From contig DATJPG010000042.1 of the NCBI GenBank assembly GCA_035506515.1, forward strand, positions 11,235 through 75,234: a stretch of DNA of 64,000 nucleotides, given 5' to 3'. Each line of letters opens with the position of its first letter. Positions within the stretch are counted from its first letter, which is position 1. Both the position numbers and the translations under genes were made by a program. This document shows positions 26,797 through 35,737 of the stretch, in pieces. The DNA is from Acidobacteriota bacterium (GTDB lineage Bacteria; Acidobacteriota; UBA6911). Under the pieces are notes generated by a model. That model was given only the letters and a program-made list of their open reading frames with translations. It was not told where the DNA came from and made no database searches.

Positions 26797-28302
26797 GTGC
26801 AAAACATACTGGTCACTAAAAGCAATTCCTGGATGATCACGCAAATCATCAACAATAAACACGAATGCGAAAAAGAGATGGCTGAAGCAATACTGCAAGC
26901 CTTCGACAACAGCAAAGACAAAGATGTCCTCGGCGTTCTGAGGGGAATCGTTGCCAATTCGATCGATGACATAAAAGATATTATCGCCGCAAAGGGCGAG
27001 GCAGCGTTCACCGCCGCCTACGGCAAGGATGCAAGCAATTACGGCTTTGTTTCAGGCAAAGGTTTGGCCAATTCCGAGAAGTTTCTGAGTTTTGTCGGCA
27101 ATACGTCTAATGTTTTCGAAAGCATGAATACCGATGAATGCGGTTGTATGATCCGGTTCTATGGAGAGGTGATAGAAGCCGGGAATAAAATAGGGGGCGC
27201 CGACGAGTCCAAGGCGATCAAAGCGAAGCTCAAAGCGCTCGAGGATCACAAAGCGAGCTACCAGCTATCCTCTGAGGCGAATAAACCCGAATGGAAAAAG
27301 TCATCACAGGAAACCGGTAAGGAAGTCCCCAAAAGCGATGCGGCACTGAGAAATCGCGTTTCGGCATCCCCGAAGCCGCTTAAATGGGAAAAGGCACCAA
27401 CGGAACATCCCTCCCAGGCGGATCAGGCGGCGATTGAGAAATTTGAAGCACGCCAGAAAGAGGTTCAGGCTTATCGTCTGAAACGATCGAAAGTCGAGAG
27501 GCAATTGGCCGCTGCCGGAGGCGGCATCGGCGTATGGGTGCAAGAGGATGAAGATCTGCTTGCCCGGATGAACAAGGTGTTTGGTCTCATTCACGGCGCC
27601 ACGATCTCAGGCACGACCACCGATACTATCTTTTTCCTCAACAGGATGACTCTCGTTGATAAATATATGGGCGTCCGATTGCCCGACGAGTTGGGACAGC
27701 CTACCCCTGATTGGCTCGAATCTTATTATGGAGGGTGGGATTGGAGCACCTACAAAAAAACACATATAAAAAAGGTGGTCGCTCCGCAGGGTCTCGACCC
27801 TTTATATTACTTGATACCAATCGGCACCATTGTCGGCAAAGGACATCACTCCGTCCTGGAAGTCGCCATCCCCCTCACGCAGAACAAGAAGATGAACTAC
27901 ATCATAGGCAAATATACCCGGCTGCTTCTGGATCGCGAGGGGCGGGAAAACAGCGACGCGGCGGATATCGTGAGCGTCCTGAAGAGGTATGAGAATGACG
28001 ACAGAAACAAGCGTGTGCTGATTTATTATACCGCTCAAAAAGAGATTGAGGGATATGTGCTCTTTGACAAGGCAGAGGCGATCTGGGATGACATTGCTTT
28101 GGCAAACCAGAACCTCATGAATAAATTTAAGAGTTTCGCCACTCATCCCACAAAAGCACAAGTTGCATCGCTTCATCCGGAGCTGAATAGACTGCTTCTC
28201 CAAAGTCCTGCGCCACAGAAGGTCACGACCGGGGCGGAGCAAGTGTTTGCGTCCAGGAGAGCAATGTTCGAACGCCCGGTTCCCAGGCCTCAGAGGCAGT
28301 AA
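26797..28302 (+). CDS. Hypothetical protein in a low-GC island (orphan)
   Basis: 501-aa ORF with a GTG start 5 nt after AGGAGG. The gene and its 450-bp upstream region are visibly AT-richer than the surrounding sequence. No recognisable motifs. Confidence 0.5.
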   Translation: MQNILVTKSNSWMITQIINNKHECEKEMAEAILQAFDNSKDKDVLGVLRGIVANSIDDIKDIIAAKGEAAFTAAYGKDASNYGFVSGKGLANSEKFLSFVGNTSNVFESMNTDECGCMIRFYGEVIEAGNKIGGADESKAIKAKLKALEDHKASYQLSSEANKPEWKKSSQETGKEVPKSDAALRNRVSASPKPLKWEKAPTEHPSQADQAAIEKFEARQKEVQAYRLKRSKVERQLAAAGGGIGVWVQEDEDLLARMNKVFGLIHGATISGTTTDTIFFLNRMTLVDKYMGVRLPDELGQPTPDWLESYYGGWDWSTYKKTHIKKVVAPQGLDPLYYLIPIGTIVGKGHHSVLEVAIPLTQNKKMNYIIGKYTRLLLDREGRENSDAADIVSVLKRYENDDRNKRVLIYYTAQKEIEGYVLFDKAEAIWDDIALANQNLMNKFKSFATHPTKAQVASLHPELNRLLLQSPAPQKVTTGAEQVFASRRAMFERPVPRPQRQ

Positions 28303-28476
28303 AGCCAGACGATTGCGCCCGGACAAGTTACTGTAAGGGGCCTTTTCTGCTGAATTGTAGATATGCGATCATATCGGGCAGCGCAGGGAATCATTTTTGC
28401 CCAATCCCTTTAGATGCAACCTATCCGCAGTAATGCCGCGGACAAACAGATCTCTCTGCCACTTTGACATTTTTGC

Positions 28477-28505
28477 TTGACAGTCCCACGCCGGCTCATT
28501 TAAGA
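28477..28505 (+). promoter_or_regulatory. Candidate sigma70-type promoter (TTGACA-N17-TTAAGA) upstream of the oxidoreductase/dehydratase operon
   Basis: A perfect -35 hexamer, a 17-bp spacer and a weak -10, located about 40 bp upstream of the 28544 start. Confidence 0.25.
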
Positions 28506-28543
28506 GTGCACGGCTGTCATCGAATTGATTGGGAGATGAGGGG

Positions 28544-29485
28544 ATGTCCAGGACGATTGGAATTATAGGCGCCGGACCCGTTGGAGGGATTTTGGCGGCA
28601 CACTTATCCTCCGCTGGAAACACCGTTATCCTGGTGGATGCCTGGAAGGAACACATCGAAAAGATCCGTGCCGACGGCCTGCACATTACGGGCCAGGCCG
28701 GGATTTCATCAAAGCTGACGCACCTTTTGACCTCGGTTGAAGCTCTGGGCGCGTTCGCCCCTGAATTTGTTTTCATCTGTACTAAGGCCTGTGATCTTGA
28801 TAATGTCCTAGAGGGAATGGGCGAATCGCTTCGGCGTTCGAAAGCTGTATTTATCTCATTCCAGAACGGCATAGATACCGAGCAGGCCGTGGCAGAACGG
28901 ATCGGTCGGCATCGTGTCCTGCGCGGCGTGGTCAGCTATGCTGGCGTTCTTGTCGGTCCCGGAGAGATTCGCCGGAGTTTCTTCACTCCGCCCAATTACC
29001 TGGGCTGGCTGGATGAACGCGGCGCGGAGCCCTGCAAGGAAGCAGCCGCTGTGCTGTCTGCCTCCGGACTCGCAACGGAAGCGACGAAGGATATCGGCAG
29101 ATACGTCTGGAGAAAGGCGATCCTGAACAGCTGCACCATGTCGATCGCCGCCATCACCGGCATGACCATTCAGGAGATGATCGAGTTCTCCCCGACGGCG
29201 CAGCTCGTTGAACTGCTGCTGCAGGAGTCGGTCGCAGTGGCCGCTGCCTTTGGCTATGACTATGGTCCGGGGTTTGTGGAGTCGGTGCGGGATTTTAACA
29301 ACCATGCCGGGCCGCATAAACCATCGATGCGTGTGGACATCGAGAACGGACGCAGGACGGAAAATCCGTTTCTTATCCGTCGCATTGCCGAATGCGCCGA
29401 GCAAAAGGGAGTGCCGGCACCGCTGCACAGAACGGTGGCAAATCTCATAGATGCGCTCGAAAAGAAAGCCCTCGAGCGCCGCTGA
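28544..29485 (+). CDS. Ketopantoate reductase (ApbA/PanE) family 2-dehydropantoate/2-oxoacid reductase
   Basis: N-terminal Rossmann IGIIGAGPVGG; family length of about 310 aa. The start is taken at the Met after a GAGG RBS; the ORF track starts at 28529. Confidence 0.75.
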   Translation: MSRTIGIIGAGPVGGILAAHLSSAGNTVILVDAWKEHIEKIRADGLHITGQAGISSKLTHLLTSVEALGAFAPEFVFICTKACDLDNVLEGMGESLRRSKAVFISFQNGIDTEQAVAERIGRHRVLRGVVSYAGVLVGPGEIRRSFFTPPNYLGWLDERGAEPCKEAAAVLSASGLATEATKDIGRYVWRKAILNSCTMSIAAITGMTIQEMIEFSPTAQLVELLLQESVAVAAAFGYDYGPGFVESVRDFNNHAGPHKPSMRVDIENGRRTENPFLIRRIAECAEQKGVPAPLHRTVANLIDALEKKALERR

Positions 29486-29568
29486 TTTCCGGGCGGACTG
29501 AAACCCGCCCCCACCAGTGAATTCGTAACAGGGCTGAACAAACTAACTTTGAATACAGGAGCCAGGAA

Positions 29569-30825
29569 TTGAGTACCGAAAAAGCCAAAGCGACGTTCAA
29601 GAAAATCAATGCAACAGACAAAATGAAGGTCATCATGGAGCAGCATTTCCGCGAGCTCGATGAGGCCGCCAAAACCAAAAGCCACAAGATCGCCTGGTGC
29701 ACCAGCGTCGGTCCTGCGGAATTGCTGCGCGCGGCCGGATTCCTGGTCTTCTTTCCGGAAAATCATGGCGCCATGCTCGGATCCACCCGAATGGCAACCG
29801 ATCTGATCCCGCTTGCCAACGCCATCGGCTATTCGCCCGACATCTGTTCCTATCTGACCGCCGACATAGGTTCTTATCTCAAAGGCAACAGCCCGATCAG
29901 CAAGGCGTACCCCGGCGTGAGCGGTCCCCCGAGACCCGACCTGCTGGTTTACAACACCAATCAGTGCCGCGACGTCCACGACTGGTTCAACTTTTACGGG
30001 CGCGAATTCAACGTTCCTGTAATCGGCGTTCAGACGCACCGCGGCGTCGGCGATATCACGAAGGCGCATATCGATTCCATATCGGCGCAGATCAAAGCGC
30101 TTATTCCCACGCTGGAAGAGATTTCCGGCAAGAAACTGGATTACGACGAGTTCAAACGTGTCGTAGGCCTGTCACGCCAGTGCACGGATTTGTGGAAAGA
30201 GGTCCTGGAGATCGCTTCGAACAAACCATCCCCGCTGACGTTCTTTGACGGTACGATCCAGATGGGACCGGCCGTTGTGCTGCGCGGCGAACAGCGGGCA
30301 GTGGATTATTACAAAGATTTGCTTGTGGAGCTGAAACAGCGTGTTAAGGATGGCGTTGCCGCGATTGACGGCGAAAAGTTCCGCCTCTATTGGGAAGGAA
30401 TGCCGGTTTGGGGCAAACTGCGCGAGCTGTCTACCCAGTTCGCAGAACTGAGCACCTGCGTTCTTGCTTCGACCTACTGTAGCAGCTGGGTATTCCCTGC
30501 ACTGGATCCGGACGATCCATTTGACAGCATGGCACGCGCCTACATCGAGCTGTTCATCGTCCGCGACGAAAACTACAAGGAGAAGTATTTCGAGAACCAG
30601 ATCAACAAGTACAAGATCGACGGCATGATTTTCCACGATGCCAAAACCTGCCCGAACAATTCCAATAACCGCTACGGCATGCCAGAACGGCTGGCGAAGA
30701 AATACGAGATGCCTACGCTCGTGATCCACGGCGACCTGAACGATCTGCGCTGCTATTCGGAAGAACAGGCGCGGACGAACATCGAGGCGTTTATTGAGCA
30801 GCTGGCGGAGAAGAAGGGCAAGTGA
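29569..30825 (+). CDS. 2-hydroxyacyl-CoA dehydratase family protein (HgdB/FldC-like; single subunit, possibly double-cubane-cluster type)
   Basis: 418 aa, Cys-containing (8 Cys). It belongs to the HgdAB/BcrBC-like family, and the next gene, overlapping by 4 nt, is the cognate ATPase activator. No partner subunit is present. Confidence 0.65.
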   Translation: MSTEKAKATFKKINATDKMKVIMEQHFRELDEAAKTKSHKIAWCTSVGPAELLRAAGFLVFFPENHGAMLGSTRMATDLIPLANAIGYSPDICSYLTADIGSYLKGNSPISKAYPGVSGPPRPDLLVYNTNQCRDVHDWFNFYGREFNVPVIGVQTHRGVGDITKAHIDSISAQIKALIPTLEEISGKKLDYDEFKRVVGLSRQCTDLWKEVLEIASNKPSPLTFFDGTIQMGPAVVLRGEQRAVDYYKDLLVELKQRVKDGVAAIDGEKFRLYWEGMPVWGKLRELSTQFAELSTCVLASTYCSSWVFPALDPDDPFDSMARAYIELFIVRDENYKEKYFENQINKYKIDGMIFHDAKTCPNNSNNRYGMPERLAKKYEMPTLVIHGDLNDLRCYSEEQARTNIEAFIEQLAEKKGK

Positions 30826-31616
30826 GTCAGAATACTTATTTCGGCGGAGTGGATATCGGGGCCTCGGCCACCAAAGTCGCCATCATCGACGACGCGCGAG
30901 AACTTGTGGCTTCCGATGTCCGCAAAACCGGCGTCAGCTTTGAAACCTGTGCGCAGGAGGCAATGGATTCGGCCCTGGCCTCCTGCGGCCTGAAAATTTC
31001 GGACCTCTCACGCGTATTTTCGACCGGGTACGGCCGTCAAAATGTGGTCTTCTCTCACGGAACCCGCACCGAGATCGCCTGCCACGCGCGGGCTGCGCAC
31101 CATTTCTTCCCTTGCCGTATCACCATCGTCGATGTGGGCGGGCAGGACAACAAAATCATCCACATCGATGCGGCCGGCCGGCGCGAAAGCTTCAAGATGA
31201 ACCGGAAATGCGCCGCGGGTACGGGCGCTTTCCTCGAGGAAGTGGCCCAGCGCATGGACGTTCCGATGGACCAGCTCGATTCCCTGGCGCGGCAGGCGTC
31301 GAGCGTCGTGCACATGGGGAGCTATTGCACGGTGTTCACAAAAACTGAAATACTGGCTCACCTGAGAGCCGGGAAAAAGGTTCCGGAAATCGTAGCGGGG
31401 CTTATCGAATCGGTCGTCAAACGCATCATCGAAATGAACCCGCTCGCGGGCGAGGTAGTAATCACGGGCGGAGTGGTGGATCATAATCCGATCCTGGCGG
31501 AGATGCTGGCCAAGCACCTGGGACATCCGGTTCATACGCTGCCGCACGCGCAACTTGCCGGCGCACTGGGTGCCGCCCTTTTAGCCGCAGAAGAAAAAAA
31601 AGAGGCCACAAACTAA
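30822..31616 (+). CDS. Acyl-CoA dehydratase activase (HgdC/BadF/BcrAD ATPase family)
   Basis: The N-terminus YFGGVDIGASATKVAIID is the ASKHA ATPase phosphate-1 motif. It is about 260 aa with the conserved Cys region typical of HgdC-like activators. Confidence 0.8.
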   Translation: MSQNTYFGGVDIGASATKVAIIDDARELVASDVRKTGVSFETCAQEAMDSALASCGLKISDLSRVFSTGYGRQNVVFSHGTRTEIACHARAAHHFFPCRITIVDVGGQDNKIIHIDAAGRRESFKMNRKCAAGTGAFLEEVAQRMDVPMDQLDSLARQASSVVHMGSYCTVFTKTEILAHLRAGKKVPEIVAGLIESVVKRIIEMNPLAGEVVITGGVVDHNPILAEMLAKHLGHPVHTLPHAQLAGALGAALLAAEEKKEATN

Positions 31617-31710
31617 ATCGGGGACGTCCCACTCGTTCATCTATTTTGCATAGCAATCCTCTGATTGGTGTGCCTTCCAAAATAGGTGAACGAGTGGGAC
31701 GTCCCCGATT
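31614..31710. terminator. 33-bp perfect inverted repeat between convergent genes (bidirectional terminator-like hairpin)
   Basis: aaatcggggacgtcccactcgttcatctatttt...aaaataggtgaacgagtgggacgtccccgattt, with T-runs on the flanks. It lies between the 3' ends of the activase (+) and ldh2 (-). Confidence 0.6.
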
Positions 31711-31727
31711 TCACCCGATTTCAAAAA

Positions 31728-32813
31728 CTACAGATACGGTGCCGGCTCAAGATTGAACTTCTTAGCGTAATCGTCGAGCATCTTTATTTCGCCCTCGTCA
31801 ATCGTGACTCCCTCAGCCATCGACTTCGCTTTCCGCTCCACTTCCTTTTCGCCGTGGACGTAGATCCTGTCGTGGCCCTCCGCTTTCGCGCTGTTGCGCA
31901 CTCCCTCGAGAATTTCCTCGACATGCGCCTCGATCTCGGCGGGTTTGCCGAAAAGATCTGTGCGCATGACGCCGAAAAACTGCGCTACCCTCGCGCCGCT
32001 GTTTTTGATAAACGTGTCGCGGCTCCATGCACCCATCGACATTCCGGCACACAGAAGGTCTACAAACAAACCAAGTCCGTATCCCTTATGCCCGCCGAGC
32101 TCTTCGCCGGCGCCGCCAAGGAACAGATGCCCGCCTGTCTTCTTTTCGCGATAAATCTTCTGGAAAGCATGGACATCGGTGGTGTCCATGCCGTTCTCGT
32201 CGACCACCCATCCAACCGGCATGGATTTGTTGAGGCGCTCATACACTTCAATCTTCCCATGTGCGACCGTTGTCGTTGCCATATCCAGAATGAAAGGTAC
32301 CTTCCCGGATGAGGGAATGGCAAAGCACATAGGATTGGTTCCAAGAATGCGATCCTTTCCAAAGGTAACAATCGAGCAGATCCGGGTGTTGCAGAAGGAC
32401 ATGCCAATGAAGCCTTCTGCCGTGGCCATTTCTCCCCAAAGCGCTGCCATCCCGAAATGATTGGAGTTGCGGACTGCGGCGAAACCGGCTCCGGCTTTCC
32501 TTGCCTTATCGAGGGCACGGTTCATGGCGAACTGAGCGATATACGCTCCAACGCCATTATGTCCATCGACCACCACCGATAAAGGAGTTTCATGGACGAT
32601 CTCAGGCTCCGCAGCAGGGAAATTGAATCCATTCTTGATGTTGGATTCATAGAAATCCAGCCGGCCTACTCCGTGGGAATTGACGCCGCGCGCATCGGCT
32701 TCCACGAGAGCCCACGCAGTAACGTCCGCCTGTGCCTTTGGGTATCCCAATTTTTCCAGGATCTTGATGGTGTATGCAGTTAGCGCTTCGTACTTGACTT
32801 TAGCTTCGTTCAT
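31728..32813 (-). CDS. Ldh2-family (malate/L-lactate/sulfolactate dehydrogenase type 2) oxidoreductase
   Basis: 361 aa with Ldh_2 family length and conserved blocks (GVNSHGVGRL, HFGMAA). Confidence 0.75.
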   Translation of the reverse strand: MNEAKVKYEALTAYTIKILEKLGYPKAQADVTAWALVEADARGVNSHGVGRLDFYESNIKNGFNFPAAEPEIVHETPLSVVVDGHNGVGAYIAQFAMNRALDKARKAGAGFAAVRNSNHFGMAALWGEMATAEGFIGMSFCNTRICSIVTFGKDRILGTNPMCFAIPSSGKVPFILDMATTTVAHGKIEVYERLNKSMPVGWVVDENGMDTTDVHAFQKIYREKKTGGHLFLGGAGEELGGHKGYGLGLFVDLLCAGMSMGAWSRDTFIKNSGARVAQFFGVMRTDLFGKPAEIEAHVEEILEGVRNSAKAEGHDRIYVHGEKEVERKAKSMAEGVTIDEGEIKMLDDYAKKFNLEPAPYL

Positions 32814-32831
32814 AGTTCTCCTTGATTAGTT

Positions 32832-34118
32832 TCAGATTTTCTTCAGCTTGGGAAGTGCGCTCGATCCCTGGGGCATCAAATAGATCTTCTGGTTTCGCCC
32901 GCCCTCCTTGAGTGCAATCTCGAGGGCTTCGTCGACTGTTCTGGCGGTCCGGAATTTGGTTTTCGCCAGAAGCGCAGGGTCTCCGTTCCCCACGATGATG
33001 ATGTTCCATTGTTCTGCAGCCGTGCACATGTAATAGCTCACATACTTTGGAACTGTGAAAAGTTTGCGAACCTCACGCTCACGCTCCGCGTTCGTCTCGC
33101 ATTCCAGAAAAATCGTGTTCGCATCCGGCGGACCAATCCCCTCGGTGCAGTCGCTCAGGATGATGATCCAGCCGCCGGGCTTTGTCGCTGCCTGCGTGTG
33201 GTAGACGCCTTTGCCGGTCTGGCACACGTCGATGTCCTTCGGGTAGCCGCCTTGAGAGGAAATGGTGATGTCGGCAAGCTCTTTGATGGGCACTTCGTAG
33301 AGTTCGTCCACGATGTTTCGGCCCACGTCGTGCGCGGCGAGGCAGTCCCCGCACACGGCGCGGGCGATCTTCCCGTCATGCCCCATGATCACGTTGAACA
33401 TAAAAGTCGGCTTCACAATGGCGGCGACTTCAAGCATGTCCAGGTGGATGGGATTGTCCTTGATGTTTCCACTCGCAACCTCAGGACGTTGTCTGCCCAG
33501 CTCGTCCATGGTCATCAGGTGGTTCTTCTGTATGGATTCGATCGAGGAAATGCCGGGCAGAATCGACTTTTTGCCTCCGCCGTAGCCCACCCAGGGGTGG
33601 TACGTGCAGCAACCGGTCAGCACGAGACAATCAGCCTCCGCGGCAATCCTGTTAATAATGACGGGTGTGCCGCGGCTGGTTTTGCCCACCTGAACCAGGT
33701 TGTTCTTGTCCAGGCAGTCGTGGTCGATGATCTGAAATCTCTTCAAGAGCTCGGGCCCGAGCAATTTCGCGTGCTCCTCCGGCGTGTGCTTGCGGTGGTA
33801 TCCCAGGGCGCTGAGGAAACAGATGTCCTTGTCCTTGACGCCAGCTTCGTTCAGCTCTTTCACGATATGCGGCAAATACACGCTCATCCGCTGCCAGGCG
33901 CGCGTCACATCGGATACGACGATACAGACCGTATTGCCCGGTTTTACGAGTTCTCGCAGGCGCGGCGTGCCGATCGGATGGGCAAGGGCGTCCAGGACTA
34001 CGTCGTCTTCGGTCATGGGAGAGGATGGGATTTCTTTAACGATCATCCCCAAAAGATTTTCTTCCGGGACGGATACATCCACATAACCAGTTCCGAGTTT
34101 CATCTTTACGGTTTTCAT
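32832..34118 (-). CDS. LarA-like 2-hydroxyacid racemase family protein, paralog 2
   Basis: 428 aa, paralogous to the ORF at 25062-26351. GGAG RBS. Confidence 0.7.
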   Translation of the reverse strand: MKTVKMKLGTGYVDVSVPEENLLGMIVKEIPSSPMTEDDVVLDALAHPIGTPRLRELVKPGNTVCIVVSDVTRAWQRMSVYLPHIVKELNEAGVKDKDICFLSALGYHRKHTPEEHAKLLGPELLKRFQIIDHDCLDKNNLVQVGKTSRGTPVIINRIAAEADCLVLTGCCTYHPWVGYGGGKKSILPGISSIESIQKNHLMTMDELGRQRPEVASGNIKDNPIHLDMLEVAAIVKPTFMFNVIMGHDGKIARAVCGDCLAAHDVGRNIVDELYEVPIKELADITISSQGGYPKDIDVCQTGKGVYHTQAATKPGGWIIILSDCTEGIGPPDANTIFLECETNAEREREVRKLFTVPKYVSYYMCTAAEQWNIIIVGNGDPALLAKTKFRTARTVDEALEIALKEGGRNQKIYLMPQGSSALPKLKKI

Positions 34119-34399
34119 AGACGCGCTCCGCTAACTACTGCTATGCCACCGGCTCGAAAAGCACCGAAGCCCGCACGAATCCGGCTGTCCTGCGGCTCGA
34201 TCTTCAAAATTCGTGGAGGTTTTGGCGGCCGTGGCTCAATGAAGGCAGATCCAAGAAACCTGTCACGAATCAAATATTATACTGGATTGAAGCCTTCTAA
34301 ATAGAGGAAAAAGGCGACAGTGATGACTGTCCGGTTTTACCATGGTATATTGACCCGTTCACAATGAGCTGCGATCAGCAAATCGTCGGGAGGAATGCC

Positions 34400-35611
34400 A
34401 TGTCAAAGGGGCCTTTATCAGGGATAAGAGTGATAGAAATCTCAACATTTCAGCAGGGGCCGGTTGCCGGGATGAGACTGGGGGATCTCGGGGCCGATGT
34501 CATTAAAATCGAGCCGAAAGAAGGGGATCCCGCAAGGCGCCACATGAGAACCATTGAGGCGGAATTCAACGTCAAGGGAGACAATTACTATTTTGAGCAC
34601 GCCAACCGCAACAAGCGTGGCATTGTCCTGGACATGAAAAAAGCAAAGGGCATGGAAGTTTTTCTGAGGCTCATCGATTCTGCGGATGTCTTCCTTAATA
34701 ATATGAGCATCGGAGCGCCCCTGCGGCTCGGCATCGGGCCGGATGAGCTGCTCGCCCGCAATCCCCGACTCATTTACGCACAGGCTTCCGGCTGGGGCAG
34801 AAAAGGTCCCATAGCCAACAACCTTTCTTTCGATTACACCGGCATTGCGCGATCCGGCCTCATGATGGCGGCAGGAGAAGACAAGACTCCGCCCTCCATG
34901 ATTCTCCCGGGCCTGGGAGATGAATTGGGCGGGCTCATGTGCGCCTGGGGAGTAAGCCTGGCACTCTTTGCACGCGAAAAGACGGGAAAAGGACAAGTCG
35001 TCGATACATCCCTGATGGGCAGCGTGGTCGCTATGCTGGGACACCTCATATCGGGCACTGCGATGCTGAAGCAGGAGTTCCCAAGGTTCGTCCGGACTAA
35101 CATGGGCAATGTCATGTACAACCATTACTGCTGCAAGGACGGCAAATGGCTTGCCATTGCGCATCTCGATCCAGACCGGTGGTGGGCGAAGGTCTGCGGC
35201 GCGCTCGGCCTTGAAAAACTGATCGACGATCCAAGGTATAGCACCTTCGCAGCTCGGTCCAGCAACCGCGCGGATCTGGTTAGGATTTTCGATGAAGTAT
35301 TCGCCAGCAAGACAAGAGATGAATGGATGCAGATTCTCCAAGAGCACGGCTGCATCTATACCCCGGTGCAAAACATTCCTGACGTCGTCGAAGACCCGCA
35401 GCTATTGGCCAATAACTATGTAATCGAGATTGACCATCCGACCTATGGCCATACCAAGACCATGGGATTTCCGTGGGACCTCAGCGAAACACCGGCATCC
35501 TGGAGAAGAAGATCTCCGAAACTCGGCGAACACACCGATGAAGTGATCCTGGAAATCGGGTACAGCAAGGAAGACCTGGCAAAATTAAAAGAAGAGGGTG
35601 CTATCCAATGA
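34400..35611 (+). CDS. CoA-transferase family III, paralog 2
   Basis: IRVIEISTFQQGPVAGMRLGDLGADVIKIEPKEGDPAR. The start is at the Met after a GGAGG RBS; the ORF track starts at 34364. Confidence 0.85.
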   Translation: MSKGPLSGIRVIEISTFQQGPVAGMRLGDLGADVIKIEPKEGDPARRHMRTIEAEFNVKGDNYYFEHANRNKRGIVLDMKKAKGMEVFLRLIDSADVFLNNMSIGAPLRLGIGPDELLARNPRLIYAQASGWGRKGPIANNLSFDYTGIARSGLMMAAGEDKTPPSMILPGLGDELGGLMCAWGVSLALFAREKTGKGQVVDTSLMGSVVAMLGHLISGTAMLKQEFPRFVRTNMGNVMYNHYCCKDGKWLAIAHLDPDRWWAKVCGALGLEKLIDDPRYSTFAARSSNRADLVRIFDEVFASKTRDEWMQILQEHGCIYTPVQNIPDVVEDPQLLANNYVIEIDHPTYGHTKTMGFPWDLSETPASWRRRSPKLGEHTDEVILEIGYSKEDLAKLKEEGAIQ

Positions 35612-35711
35612 ATTTCGGTGACAGTCACCATAACTCCCGAATTGCAGATAGCGCGTCAGGGCGGCCTCCGTCTTGAGTAATTCGGGAGTTATGGTGGCTG
35701 TCACCGAAATT
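35611..35711. repeat. 33-bp near-perfect inverted repeat (stem-loop) between CoA-transferase 2 and the acyl-CoA synthetase
   Basis: aatttcggtgacagtcaccataactcccgaatt...aattcgggagttatggtggctgtcaccgaaatt, with one mismatch. It shares the 12-mer gtcaccgaaatt with the window-start hairpin. Confidence 0.7.
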
Positions 35712-35737
35712 ATAAAAATTATAAAAGGAGAAATGAA

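Noticed and set aside
29569-30825. Calling the dehydratase-like protein specifically lactoyl-CoA or 2-hydroxyglutaryl-CoA dehydratase
   Set aside because: Substrate specificity cannot be read from the sequence by eye, and only one subunit is present. It was kept at family level.
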